64,000 bases of DNA, from the NCBI RefSeq assembly GCF_039541115.1, contig NZ_BAABFP010000002.1:372001-436000 (forward strand). The letters run 5' to 3'. The translations under genes and the position numbers were made by a program. The DNA is from Angustibacter luteus. GTDB lineage: Bacteria; Actinomycetota; Actinomycetes; Actinomycetales; Angustibacteraceae. The notes below the pieces were generated by a model that saw only the letters and a program-made list of their open reading frames with translations, did not search any database and was not told where the DNA came from. Shown here in pieces: positions 9,985-18,964 of this stretch. Within the stretch, counting starts at the first letter, position 1, and each line of letters starts with the position of its first letter.

Positions 9985-11462
9985 CGAACCCGTGGCCGGC
10001 CCTGTGGGCCCTCGTCCTGGGGTTCTTCATGATCCTGGTGGACTCGACCATCGTCTCGGTGGCCACCCCCGCGATCCTGCGTGACCTCGACGCAGACGTG
10101 AACCAGGTGGTCTGGGTGACTAGCGCCTACCTGCTCGCGTACGCCGTGCCGCTGCTGATCACCGGCCGCCTCGGCGACCGGCTCGGCCCCAAGAACCTCT
10201 ACCTGGCCGGGCTGGCCCTGTTCACCCTCGCCTCCTTGTGGTGCGGGCTGACCGGCACCATCGAGCAGCTCATCATCGCCCGCGTCTTCCAGGGCTTCGG
10301 TGCCGCACTGATGACGCCGCAGACCATGGCGGTCATCACCCGCACCTTCCCGGCCACCCAGCGCGGCCGGGCGATGAGCCTGTGGGGCGCGGTGGCCGGC
10401 GTCGCGACGCTGGTCGGCCCGATCCTGGGCGGCGTGCTCGTCGACGGTCTCGGCTGGGAGTGGATCTTCTTCATCAACGTGCCGATCGGCGTCCTCGGGT
10501 TCGTGCTGGCCTGGCGACTGGTCCCGAAGCTGGAGACCCACTCGCACCAGTTCGACCTGCTGGGCGTGGCGCTCAGCGCGATCGGCATGTTCCTGCTGGT
10601 GTTCGGGATCCAGGAGGGCGAGACCTACGACTGGGGCACCATCAAGGGTCCGATCACGGTGTGGAGCCTGATCATCGCCGGGATCCTCGTGCTCGCCCTG
10701 TTCCTGTTCTGGCAGAGCCGCAACAAGAACGAGCCGCTGCTGCCGCTGACGCTGTTCAAGGACCGCAACTTCTCGCTGGCCAACGTGGGCATCAGCTCGG
10801 TCGGCTTCACCATCACCGCCATGGCCTTCCCGCTCATGCTGTGGGCGCAGGTGGCACGCGGGCTGAGCCCGACCCGCTCCGCGCTGCTGCTCGTGCCGAT
10901 GGCCGTGATCACCAGCGCGCTGGCCCCGTTCGTCGGCAAGCTGACCGACCGGGTGCACCCGCGGTACATCGCCGGGTTCGGGCTGTTCTGCCTGCCGGTG
11001 TCGCTGCTCTGGCTCTCGGCGGTGCTCAGCCCGACCGCGCCGATCTGGCACATGCTGCTGCCCATCGCCCTGCTCGGCGTGGCCAACGGCTTCATGTGGG
11101 CGCCACTGGGCACCACGGCGACCCGGAACCTGCCGATGAACCAGGCCGGCGCGGGCGCGGGCGTCTACAACACCACCCGGCAGGTCGGCGCCGTCCTCGG
11201 CAGCGCCGCCATCGCCGCGCTCATGCAGTCCCGGCTGGCGATCGAGCTGCCCGGCGCCGGCGCGGCGGCCACCGGCGCCGCGTTCGACGGCAAGCTGCCG
11301 ACCGTGGCCCTGCAGGGGTTCAGCGACGCGATGGCCCAGTCGCTGCTGCTGCCGGCCGCGGTCTCCGTGATCGGCCTGGTCGCCGTCCTGATGTTCGAGC
11401 GGCCGGCGCACATGGTCCGGGCCACGGCCCCAGCCACCGACCCGGTGCCGGCGCAGGCCTGA
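9963..11462 (+). CDS. DHA2 family (EmrB/QacA-type) MFS efflux transporter
   Basis: 14-TM pattern, DSTIVSVATP, GRLGDRLGPK, GPILGG, WIFFINVPIG; overlaps the end of PadR. Confidence 0.93.
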   Translation: MAERQQVTNPWPALWALVLGFFMILVDSTIVSVATPAILRDLDADVNQVVWVTSAYLLAYAVPLLITGRLGDRLGPKNLYLAGLALFTLASLWCGLTGTIEQLIIARVFQGFGAALMTPQTMAVITRTFPATQRGRAMSLWGAVAGVATLVGPILGGVLVDGLGWEWIFFINVPIGVLGFVLAWRLVPKLETHSHQFDLLGVALSAIGMFLLVFGIQEGETYDWGTIKGPITVWSLIIAGILVLALFLFWQSRNKNEPLLPLTLFKDRNFSLANVGISSVGFTITAMAFPLMLWAQVARGLSPTRSALLLVPMAVITSALAPFVGKLTDRVHPRYIAGFGLFCLPVSLLWLSAVLSPTAPIWHMLLPIALLGVANGFMWAPLGTTATRNLPMNQAGAGAGVYNTTRQVGAVLGSAAIAALMQSRLAIELPGAGAAATGAAFDGKLPTVALQGFSDAMAQSLLLPAAVSVIGLVAVLMFERPAHMVRATAPATDPVPAQA

Positions 11463-11469
11463 CCCGACC

Positions 11470-11557
11470 TCCGCCACTCAGGCCCGTTTCCGCCGCTCAA
11501 GCCGGTTTCCGACGTCCGGAACCGGCTTGAGTGGCGGAAACCGGCCTGGGTGGCGGA
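11470..11557. repeat. Long imperfect inverted repeat (~40-bp arms) built from tandem ~19-bp units; REP/BIME-like, possible bidirectional terminator
   Basis: TCCGCCACTCAGGCCCGTTTCCGCCGCTCAAGCCGGTT...AACCGGCTTGAGTGGCGGAAACCGGCCTGGGTGGCGGA between convergent genes. Confidence 0.8.
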
Positions 11558-11583
11558 CGCGGGGCGCGACGAGGGGCGCGGGC

Positions 11584-12150
11584 TCAGGGCCCGCCGAGCG
11601 GGAACCCCGCGACCACCTCGTGCACCGGGCGTCCACCCGGCCCCTCCCCCAGCCGGGACTCCACGAGCTCGATGCGCTGGGCCCACCACACCGCGCCCTG
11701 GAACGTCTCGAGCACGCGCACCCATCGCGTCAGGTCCTGCGACACGCGACTGCGGGCCAGTGTCAGGTGCGGACGGAAGCGCCCGCCGTCCGGAGCGGCG
11801 CCCGCGCGGCTGGCCGCGGCCCGCGTCCCGGTGGCCAGGCGGCTCAGCTCCTCGCCGTCCGGGACGTCCAGGCTGCCGTACAGCACCCGGGCGGCCGCGA
11901 CGTCCGGGAACGCACCGCCACCGGCGATCGCGAGCGCGAAGTCGTTGCGCCGCAACGCCGCTCGGGCCAGCCTGTCCTGCAGGTCGTCCAGGCAGCGCGC
12001 CGGCACGTCCGGCAGGAACGCCAGCGTCACGTGCCACTGCGCGCGGTCCACGAACCGCAGCGTGGGGTCGGCCGCCAGCCGCGGTGCCAGGAACTCGGCC
12101 AGCTCGTCGAGCGCCTCGTCGTCCGGCGTCAGGGCCACGAACATCCTCAT
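11584..12150 (-). CDS. thpR: RNA 2',3'-cyclic phosphodiesterase (2H phosphoesterase)
   Basis: MRMFVAL, two HxT motifs (WHVTLAF, FRPHLTLAR), LVESRL. Confidence 0.9.
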   Translation of the reverse strand: MRMFVALTPDDEALDELAEFLAPRLAADPTLRFVDRAQWHVTLAFLPDVPARCLDDLQDRLARAALRRNDFALAIAGGGAFPDVAAARVLYGSLDVPDGEELSRLATGTRAAASRAGAAPDGGRFRPHLTLARSRVSQDLTRWVRVLETFQGAVWWAQRIELVESRLGEGPGGRPVHEVVAGFPLGGP

Positions 12151-12228
12151 CGCCCGCCAGGATCGCACGCTGCCGGGCGCGGCGCGCTGATCTAGGCTTG
12201 CCGCGGCCGAGCAGATCGGAGGCAGGGG

Positions 12229-12867
12229 ATGCCGAGAGTCCTCGCAGTCGGGGCCCACCCTGACGACATCGAGATGGGCTGCGGCGGGACGCTCGCCATG
12301 CACGCTGCGTCCGGCGCCCAGGTCACCATGCTGGTGCTCACCACGGGGCAGGCCGGCCCGGGCGAGGTCAGCCGACGGACCAAGGAGGCGCAGGACGCCG
12401 CCGACAAGCTCGGGGCCCGGCTGATCATCGGCGGCCTGCCGGACGGCGGGGTCACCGCCGGGTACGAGACGGTGCAGCACATCGAGGCGGTCATCCGCGA
12501 GGTCGACCCGACGATCATCTACACCCACAGCGAGCACGACTCGCACCAGGACCACCGGGCCACCGCCGCCGCGACCATCGCGGCCGGGCGGCAGAGCCCG
12601 ACCATCATCCACTACCAGTCGCCGTCCAGCCGGGCGTTCGACCCGTGCCTGTTCATCGACATCGAGGACTTCCTGTCGACGAAGGTCGCCGCCCTCGCGT
12701 GCCACGTCAGCCAGGTCGTCGAGTCCAGCATGGTGGACCTCGACCAGCAGGGCATCAACGCCGAGTACTGGGGCCGGCTGGCGCGCTGCCGGTACGCCGA
12801 GCCGTTCGAGATCACCCGGGTGCGGCTGCGCCAAGGCGGCCGGAAAGAGCTCGGGGTGGAGATATGA
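12229..12867 (+). CDS. PIG-L/LmbE family de-N-acetylase
   Basis: AHPDDIEMGCGG, DSHQDH, K..ALACHVSQ, YAEPF. Confidence 0.9.
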   Translation: MPRVLAVGAHPDDIEMGCGGTLAMHAASGAQVTMLVLTTGQAGPGEVSRRTKEAQDAADKLGARLIIGGLPDGGVTAGYETVQHIEAVIREVDPTIIYTHSEHDSHQDHRATAAATIAAGRQSPTIIHYQSPSSRAFDPCLFIDIEDFLSTKVAALACHVSQVVESSMVDLDQQGINAEYWGRLARCRYAEPFEITRVRLRQGGRKELGVEI

Positions 12868-13856
12868 CCACAGCAGCCAGCACGACAGCCAGCACGGTCG
12901 CCGTCACCGGAGCGGGTGGCCCGGCGGGCGTGAACGTGGTGCTAGAGCTGACCCGCCTCGGTCACCGGGTGCTGGCACTGGACACGGACCCCTGGGCGAC
13001 CGGCCTGGCGCTGGCCGACGTCGGCGCGATCGTCCCGCGCGGCGACGCCCCGGGGTATGCGCAGGCAGTCGTGCAGGAATGCGCCCAGGCAGGCGCCACG
13101 ACGCTCATCTGCACCGTCGTCGAGGAGTACCCGGCGCTGCACGCTGCGGCGCCTGACCTGCAGGCCGCCGGGATCGCCTCGTGGATCCCGTCCCCGCAGA
13201 CCACGACTGCGTGCGCCGACAAGGGCGAGTTCGCCGCCAGCCTGCAAGCGGCCGGGGTGGCTCACCCGCACACCTCGACGGTCGTGGTCGGCGACGGGCC
13301 GTGGGTGGTGAAGCCGCGCACCGGCCGGGGCAGCCGGGACGTGACGATCACGGCCGACCGGGCGAGCGCCGAGCGAGCCCTCGAGGCGCTGGCCGGCAGC
13401 GGGATCGTCCAGCAGCAGGTCATCGGGCGGGAGTGGACGGCGGACTGCCTCACCGACCGCACGGGCCGCGTGCTGGCCGTGGTGCCGCGGTGGCGGGTGG
13501 AGACCAAGGCCGGCATCTCGACCAAGGGCGAGACCTTCCACGACCCGGCGGTGGTCGCGCTGGTGACCGCGACCTTGCACGCGGTCGGGCTGACCGGCGT
13601 GGCCAACGCGCAGGGTTTCGTCACGGACGACGTGCCGGTCGCCGTCGAGGTGAACCCGCGGTTCTCGGGTGGGCTGTCCCTCTCGCTCGCGGCCGGCGCC
13701 GACCTGGTCGGCGGGTACGTCGAGCTGATGCTCGACCCGGACGCGTCGATCGCACCTGACCGGCTCACCTGGCAGCCCGGGCGACGGATGCAGCGCTACT
13801 TCGAGGCCGTCTACAGCGGTGGCGAGGAGCCCGTCAGCACCGCCGAGGCCCGCTGA
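12864..13856 (+). CDS. ATP-grasp domain protein (amide ligase-like)
   Basis: N-terminal VTGAGGPAG, CADK, VVKPRTGRGSR, EVNPRFSGG; ATGA overlap with the deacetylase gene. Confidence 0.88.
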   Translation: MTTAASTTASTVAVTGAGGPAGVNVVLELTRLGHRVLALDTDPWATGLALADVGAIVPRGDAPGYAQAVVQECAQAGATTLICTVVEEYPALHAAAPDLQAAGIASWIPSPQTTTACADKGEFAASLQAAGVAHPHTSTVVVGDGPWVVKPRTGRGSRDVTITADRASAERALEALAGSGIVQQQVIGREWTADCLTDRTGRVLAVVPRWRVETKAGISTKGETFHDPAVVALVTATLHAVGLTGVANAQGFVTDDVPVAVEVNPRFSGGLSLSLAAGADLVGGYVELMLDPDASIAPDRLTWQPGRRMQRYFEAVYSGGEEPVSTAEAR

Positions 13857-14611
13857 TGCCGTTGCTGCCCGCAGGTTTCGTGACACGGGGTCGGGAGGAC
13901 TTCCACGTGCACACGAGCGGGTTCTCGGACGACGCGCACTCCCCCCTGGCCGACGTCCTGGCCGCCGCCGTGGCCGCCGAGCTGGACGTCGTGTGCCTGG
14001 CGGAGCACGTGCGTGCGTCCACGACGTGGCTGCCGGACTACCTGCAGGCGGTCCAGGAGGCGCGCCCGCAGCACCCCGGACTGCGGATCCTGCGCTCGGT
14101 CGAGACCAAGATCCTGGACACCACCGGCGCGCTCGACCTGCCGCCGGGAACCGAGGCGCTGGACGCCGTGCACCTGGCGGACCACCAGTTCCCGCTCGAT
14201 CACCCGACGCACCCGGACGACGTCCGCGAGCAGCTGCGGGACGGCCGGCTGAGCGTGGACGACGCGGTGACCGCGCTGCTGGATGCGACGTGCGCAGCCA
14301 TGGGTCGGGTGGCGCAACCCGTTCTGGCGCACCTGTTCTCGGTGCTGCCGAAGGTCGGGCTGTCCGAGCAGGACGTCCCGGGCGCCGCGCTGGGCGAGCT
14401 GGCCCACGTGGCGGCGCGCACCCACGCCGTGCTCGAGGTCAACCAGAAGTGGGCCTGCCCGTCCGCCCGGACCATCGCCGCGTTCGCGACGGCCGGGGTA
14501 CCCCTGGTCGCGTCCACCGATGCGCACGAGGCGGCCGAGGTCGGCCGGTGGTCGATGCTGGACCGGCTGCCGCACAACGGTTCCCCCGCTCCCGACAGCT
14601 CCGGGTGCTGA
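13856..14611 (+). CDS. PHP domain metal-dependent hydrolase (putative phosphatase)
   Basis: DFHVHT, LAEH, AHL, LEVN, STDAH; TGATG overlap. Confidence 0.87.
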   Translation: MPLLPAGFVTRGREDFHVHTSGFSDDAHSPLADVLAAAVAAELDVVCLAEHVRASTTWLPDYLQAVQEARPQHPGLRILRSVETKILDTTGALDLPPGTEALDAVHLADHQFPLDHPTHPDDVREQLRDGRLSVDDAVTALLDATCAAMGRVAQPVLAHLFSVLPKVGLSEQDVPGAALGELAHVAARTHAVLEVNQKWACPSARTIAAFATAGVPLVASTDAHEAAEVGRWSMLDRLPHNGSPAPDSSGC

Positions 14612-14612
14612 G

Positions 14613-16043
14613 ATGACCTGGGACTTCTCGGACGCCCTCTTCATCCTGCTCATCGCGCTCGGCTCGATCCCGGCGCTGGCGAGCGTCCTGCAGTACGTGC
14701 TGGCCGGCCCGCACGCGTTGCGCGACCACCTGGACCGCACTGCGGCGTACCTGCCCCGGGTCGCGATCCTGGTGCCCGCGTGGAACGAGGGCGCCGTCCT
14801 CGGCCCGGCCGTGCGGCGACTGCTGGACATGGACTACCCGGACGAGCGCATCCGCGTCGTCGTGATCGACGACGCGTCCACCGACAACACGCCAGAGCTG
14901 GTCGGGGCACTGGCCCGCGAGCACCCCGGCCGCGTCGTCCACCTGCGCCGCGAGCAGGGCGGTCAGGGCAAGGCGCACACCCTCAACGCCGGCCTGGAGC
15001 TGGTGCTCGGCGACGACTGGGCCCAGGCCGTGCTGATCATGGACGCGGACGTGGTGTTCGAGACCTCGGCCCTGCGCCGGATGACCCGGCACCTCGTCGA
15101 CCCCTCGGTCGGCGCGGTGACGGCGTACATCCGCGAGGGGTCCGTGCCGGGCAACTGGCTCAACCGGTTCATCGCCATCGAGTACGCCGCCGCCCAGGCC
15201 GTCGGCCGGCGCGCGCAGAACGTTCTGGGCGCCATGGCCTGCCTGGCCGGCGGCGCCCAGCTGCACGACCGGGCCTCGCTCGAGCGGATCGGGGGGCGGA
15301 TCGACACGAGCACGCTGGCCGAGGACACGGTGACCACGATGGAGACCCAGCTCGCCGGGGCCCGGGTGGTGTTCGACCCGCACGCCATCGTGCTCGCCGA
15401 GGAGCCGGCCGGGGTGAACGCGCTGTGGCGCCAGCGGCTGCGCTGGGCGCGCGGGAACCTGCAGGTGACCGGCCGCTACCGGCACAACTGGTTCCGGCGG
15501 CGCAGCGCCGGACCGCTCGGTGGCTGGATCTTCGGGATCATCTGGTTCGCGCTGCTGTTCGAGCCGGTGATCGCGCTGGTCTGCTCGGTCGGGCTGGTCA
15601 CGCTGCTGGTGACCGACGCGGACGTCGCGTGGCGCACGTTCCAGTCGTTGTGGCTGCTGTCGTTCGTGTCGGTGGCGCTGATCGTCGCGGTGACCTCGTT
15701 CGCCGACACCGACACCGCAAAGCGGGCCGGCGCCGAGGCCGTGCTGTTCCCCGGCATCGGCAACCTGTTCATCCTGGCCGTGGTGTTCTCGCCCTGGCTG
15801 GCCCAGCAGGTCGAGCCGGCCCGGCTGCTGTTCTACGCGTGGCCCGCGCTCGCGATGCTGGTGGTCTGGCTGGCGCGTCTGGTCGACCGGCCGCGCTGGC
15901 GGTGGCTGTCCGCGCTGCTCGTGCTGGTCGGCGGCTACGGCTCGCTGCTGTCCGCGGTGAACGTCAATGCCTACGTGGCCCAGGCCCGGCACCAGCCGAC
16001 CACCTGGGCCAAGACGGAGAAGAAGGGCATGGTGCAGGGATGA
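14613..16043 (+). CDS. Processive GT2 glycosyltransferase (IcaA/PgaC/cellulose-synthase-like)
   Basis: VPAWNE, IDDAS, GKAHTLN, MDAD, LAED, QRLRW; one N-terminal and several C-terminal TM helices. Confidence 0.92.
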   Translation: MTWDFSDALFILLIALGSIPALASVLQYVLAGPHALRDHLDRTAAYLPRVAILVPAWNEGAVLGPAVRRLLDMDYPDERIRVVVIDDASTDNTPELVGALAREHPGRVVHLRREQGGQGKAHTLNAGLELVLGDDWAQAVLIMDADVVFETSALRRMTRHLVDPSVGAVTAYIREGSVPGNWLNRFIAIEYAAAQAVGRRAQNVLGAMACLAGGAQLHDRASLERIGGRIDTSTLAEDTVTTMETQLAGARVVFDPHAIVLAEEPAGVNALWRQRLRWARGNLQVTGRYRHNWFRRRSAGPLGGWIFGIIWFALLFEPVIALVCSVGLVTLLVTDADVAWRTFQSLWLLSFVSVALIVAVTSFADTDTAKRAGAEAVLFPGIGNLFILAVVFSPWLAQQVEPARLLFYAWPALAMLVVWLARLVDRPRWRWLSALLVLVGGYGSLLSAVNVNAYVAQARHQPTTWAKTEKKGMVQG

Positions 16044-16174
16044 GCGAGCTCCCCCCGGACCCCTTCGCCGCCGCCGACCACCGGTTCGAGCGCCGCTTCG
16101 CCGCCCGGGTACTCGTGGGGGTGTTCCTCACGCTGCTGGTCGTCGGCCTGCGACTGTGGCTCTACGGGCTCTGA
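16040..16174 (+). CDS. Small single-TM membrane protein (44 aa)
   Basis: ATGA overlap with the GT2 stop; MSELPPDPFAAADHRFERRFAARVLVGVFLTLLVVGLRLWLYGL. Confidence 0.6.
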   Translation: MSELPPDPFAAADHRFERRFAARVLVGVFLTLLVVGLRLWLYGL

Positions 16175-17826
16175 CCCGGCCCGGCGTGCGCCCGGCGCAG
16201 CGCCTCGTCGACGCCGGCGAAGACGACGTCCCCGGCCGGCACGACGTTGTCCGGCCCGAGCCGCTCGAGCAGTCCGGTGGCGGCGAGCGAGTGCTGCAGC
16301 TCGTCATCCACACCGCACAGGATCAGCCGACCACCGCGCGACCGCAGCTGGTCCGCCCGCCGCGCCATCGACTTCAGGAACGTGGACGACGGCACGTCGG
16401 GCAGGATCCGCAGGCTCAGGATGATGACGACGCCGTCACCGTCCACCCGAGGCCACTGCTCCTCCATCCGGGACACCTCGGCGAACAGGCTGACGCCGAC
16501 GTAGTCGAGGACCACCACGTCGCCGTCACCCAGGCGCTGCGGCACGGGTACCAGTCGGTAGTGCCCGTCGCCGGTCGGCTCCAGCGCGCGCAGCCGGGCG
16601 TGCCGGGCCGCCTGCACGCAGAACAACAGCAGCGACAGAGCGGCGCCGATGATGATCGCGTCCTGCAGCGGGAGCTGCGTGGTGGCCAGGAACGTGACGA
16701 GCATCGCCAGCGCGGCCAACCACGACGTCTGCAGCACCATCCGGATGTCCGGCAGGCGGCCGACCACCAGGTCGATGCCGATGATGATGACCAGCCCGCC
16801 GATCACCGGCATCGGGATGAGCTCGGCCACGCTGCCGAACAGGACGACGACCAGCGCCAGCCACAGCCCGGCGAACACCCCGGCCCAACGGGTCCGGGCG
16901 CCCGCGCTGACCGCGACACCGGTGCGCGACAACGACCCGCCGGTGGGCAGGGCGCGGAAGAAGGCCCCGCCGAGGTTCGCCACGCCCTGGGCGACGAAGT
17001 CTCCTGACACGCTGCCGCGGGTGCCGTCCGGGTTGGGTACCGCGGATCCGATCCCGGCCGCCTGCGCGAGCGCCACCAGGGCCACCGCGCAGGCGCCGAA
17101 CGCCAGGTCCGGTGCCTGGGAGAACTCCGGCATCACCGGGGTGGGCAGGGAGTTCGGGATGCTGGAGATGCCGCGCACCAGGTCGACGTCCACGTCCAGC
17201 AGGGCGACTGCCGCGGTGACCACCGCGAGCGCGATCAGGGTGGCCAGCGACCGCAGCGGCCGGATCGCGTGCGCCACCGCCCAGACCGCGACGGTGGCCA
17301 GCGCCACCAGGGTGGGAGCCAGCTGCCAGTCGCCGACGTGCCACAGCCACTGCGCGATCTTGCCCAGGGTGTTGCTGGCCGTGGGGTGGTAGCCCGTGGC
17401 GTCACCCACCACACCGGCGATGATCTGCAGCGCGATCCCGGTGGTGAAGCCGGTCATCACGGCGTTGGACACGAAGCTCATCAGCGAACCCATGCGCAGG
17501 AGGCCGAAGACGGTCATCGCGAGACCCACCATCAGCGTGAGCATCTCGACGGTGGCGAGCTTCGAGGGGTCCAGCCCGGCCTCGGCGATGACCGAGTGGG
17601 ACGAGAGCGCGATCGCGCTGGTCAGCGTGGTGGTCATCAGCACCGTGCGAGCCAGCAGCGACCCGAGGACCGTCGGCACCATGCCGGAGTAGAGGCCCAG
17701 CACCGGGTTGAAGCCACCGATATTGGCATAGGCCATGCCCTCGGGGATGCTGAACAGGCCGGTCACGAGGCCGGACACCACGTCCTTGGGCGAGGGCTTC
17801 CCCCAGGGCTGCTTGGCGGTACTCAC
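16162..17826 (-). CDS. SulP family anion transporter with STAS domain
   Basis: DVVSGLVTGLFSIPEGMAYA, GLYS, GGSLSRT, C-terminal STAS-like region; GTG start inferred. Confidence 0.9.
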   Translation of the reverse strand: MSTAKQPWGKPSPKDVVSGLVTGLFSIPEGMAYANIGGFNPVLGLYSGMVPTVLGSLLARTVLMTTTLTSAIALSSHSVIAEAGLDPSKLATVEMLTLMVGLAMTVFGLLRMGSLMSFVSNAVMTGFTTGIALQIIAGVVGDATGYHPTASNTLGKIAQWLWHVGDWQLAPTLVALATVAVWAVAHAIRPLRSLATLIALAVVTAAVALLDVDVDLVRGISSIPNSLPTPVMPEFSQAPDLAFGACAVALVALAQAAGIGSAVPNPDGTRGSVSGDFVAQGVANLGGAFFRALPTGGSLSRTGVAVSAGARTRWAGVFAGLWLALVVVLFGSVAELIPMPVIGGLVIIIGIDLVVGRLPDIRMVLQTSWLAALAMLVTFLATTQLPLQDAIIIGAALSLLLFCVQAARHARLRALEPTGDGHYRLVPVPQRLGDGDVVVLDYVGVSLFAEVSRMEEQWPRVDGDGVVIILSLRILPDVPSSTFLKSMARRADQLRSRGGRLILCGVDDELQHSLAATGLLERLGPDNVVPAGDVVFAGVDEALRRAHAGPGQSP

Positions 17827-17833
17827 GGCGCGC

Positions 17834-18853
17834 TCACGGCGCTGCCTCGGCCGCTGCCGCCCGCCGGCGGGCCCGTGCAGCCGGCACCAGCAGGCCGAAC
17901 ACGAACGCCAGCGCCACCCCCAGCACGGTCTCCCCGACGCGCTCCCAGAAGCGATGGCTCGCGTCCTGCGGGTCGCCGACGAGCAGCATGAGGAACACCA
18001 GCAGGGTGTTGAACCCGCCGGCCAAGTACCAGCGGCTGCCGTTCGTCCCGGCGGAGGCGGCGAGGTCGACGAGGACGACGAGCCCGATGACCCACCCCGG
18101 CGCACCGGCCAGCACGAGGAAGCAGGCGACCACCGCACCCAAGGTCACCGAGACCACCCGGTCCACGCCACGCATCCGCAGCATCGTGGGGTTGGGTCGC
18201 ATCACCAGCGCGCATGCGCCGGCCGCCCAGCCGACGTGCTCGAGATCGAGGGCGAAGCCGATCGTCGCGGCGATCCCGACAGCCAGCCCGAGGCGGACGC
18301 CGTAGTCCAGCATCATCGCGCGGCTCGGCCTGGGTGGCGGCGCGACGGGTGCGGCCCCCGCGGCGGCCGGCACGGGCCAGAGCAGGGAGATGACGAACGC
18401 GTAGACCGAGCCGACCCCGATGAGGACGGCGAAGGAGGCCGCATCGCCGAGGTCCTCGTAGCTGAGCCCGATCGCCAGCACCGGCACGACGAGGCCGAGC
18501 AGGACATTGCCCGCCGGGCTGCGCGCCACCACCAGCGAGGCGCCGACCGCCACGGCGAAGAGGACGACCACGGCGGCGACCGGAAACGCCGCCAGCACCG
18601 CTCCGACGAACAGGGCGACACCGACCGTGAGGTCGAGCCCGAGGTTGCGGACCCGGGCGCGGCGGGTGTCGGCGAGGCCGGTCACCGCGGCCGCCAGCAC
18701 GCCGACGGCGAGGGCCGCACCCTTGCTCGGGTCGCCGACGCACACCACCGCGGCCGGCAGCGCCAGCACGACCCCGAGGAGCGCCTTTCGCGTCGTCCAG
18801 ACCACCGCGGGCGGAGGCGACGGCGGGTGGACGGCGGTCGCCGGGTCGCTCAC
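17834..18853 (-). CDS. FUSC family membrane protein
   Basis: Hydrophobic; 'YGVRLGLAVG...HVGWAA...LVMRP...RGVDR...ERVGETVLG' FUSC-like pattern. Confidence 0.75.
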   Translation of the reverse strand: MSDPATAVHPPSPPPAVVWTTRKALLGVVLALPAAVVCVGDPSKGAALAVGVLAAAVTGLADTRRARVRNLGLDLTVGVALFVGAVLAAFPVAAVVVLFAVAVGASLVVARSPAGNVLLGLVVPVLAIGLSYEDLGDAASFAVLIGVGSVYAFVISLLWPVPAAAGAAPVAPPPRPSRAMMLDYGVRLGLAVGIAATIGFALDLEHVGWAAGACALVMRPNPTMLRMRGVDRVVSVTLGAVVACFLVLAGAPGWVIGLVVLVDLAASAGTNGSRWYLAGGFNTLLVFLMLLVGDPQDASHRFWERVGETVLGVALAFVFGLLVPAARARRRAAAAEAAP

Positions 18854-18964
18854 GACGCAGCCCTCCCTTCGTGCGGCCGGATCAGCATGACCCCGGCCGC
18901 GAACGGGCCACGTCACCCGACTCGGGTGAGACCAGTTGGACGAGTCCGGCGCACAATCGCCCTC

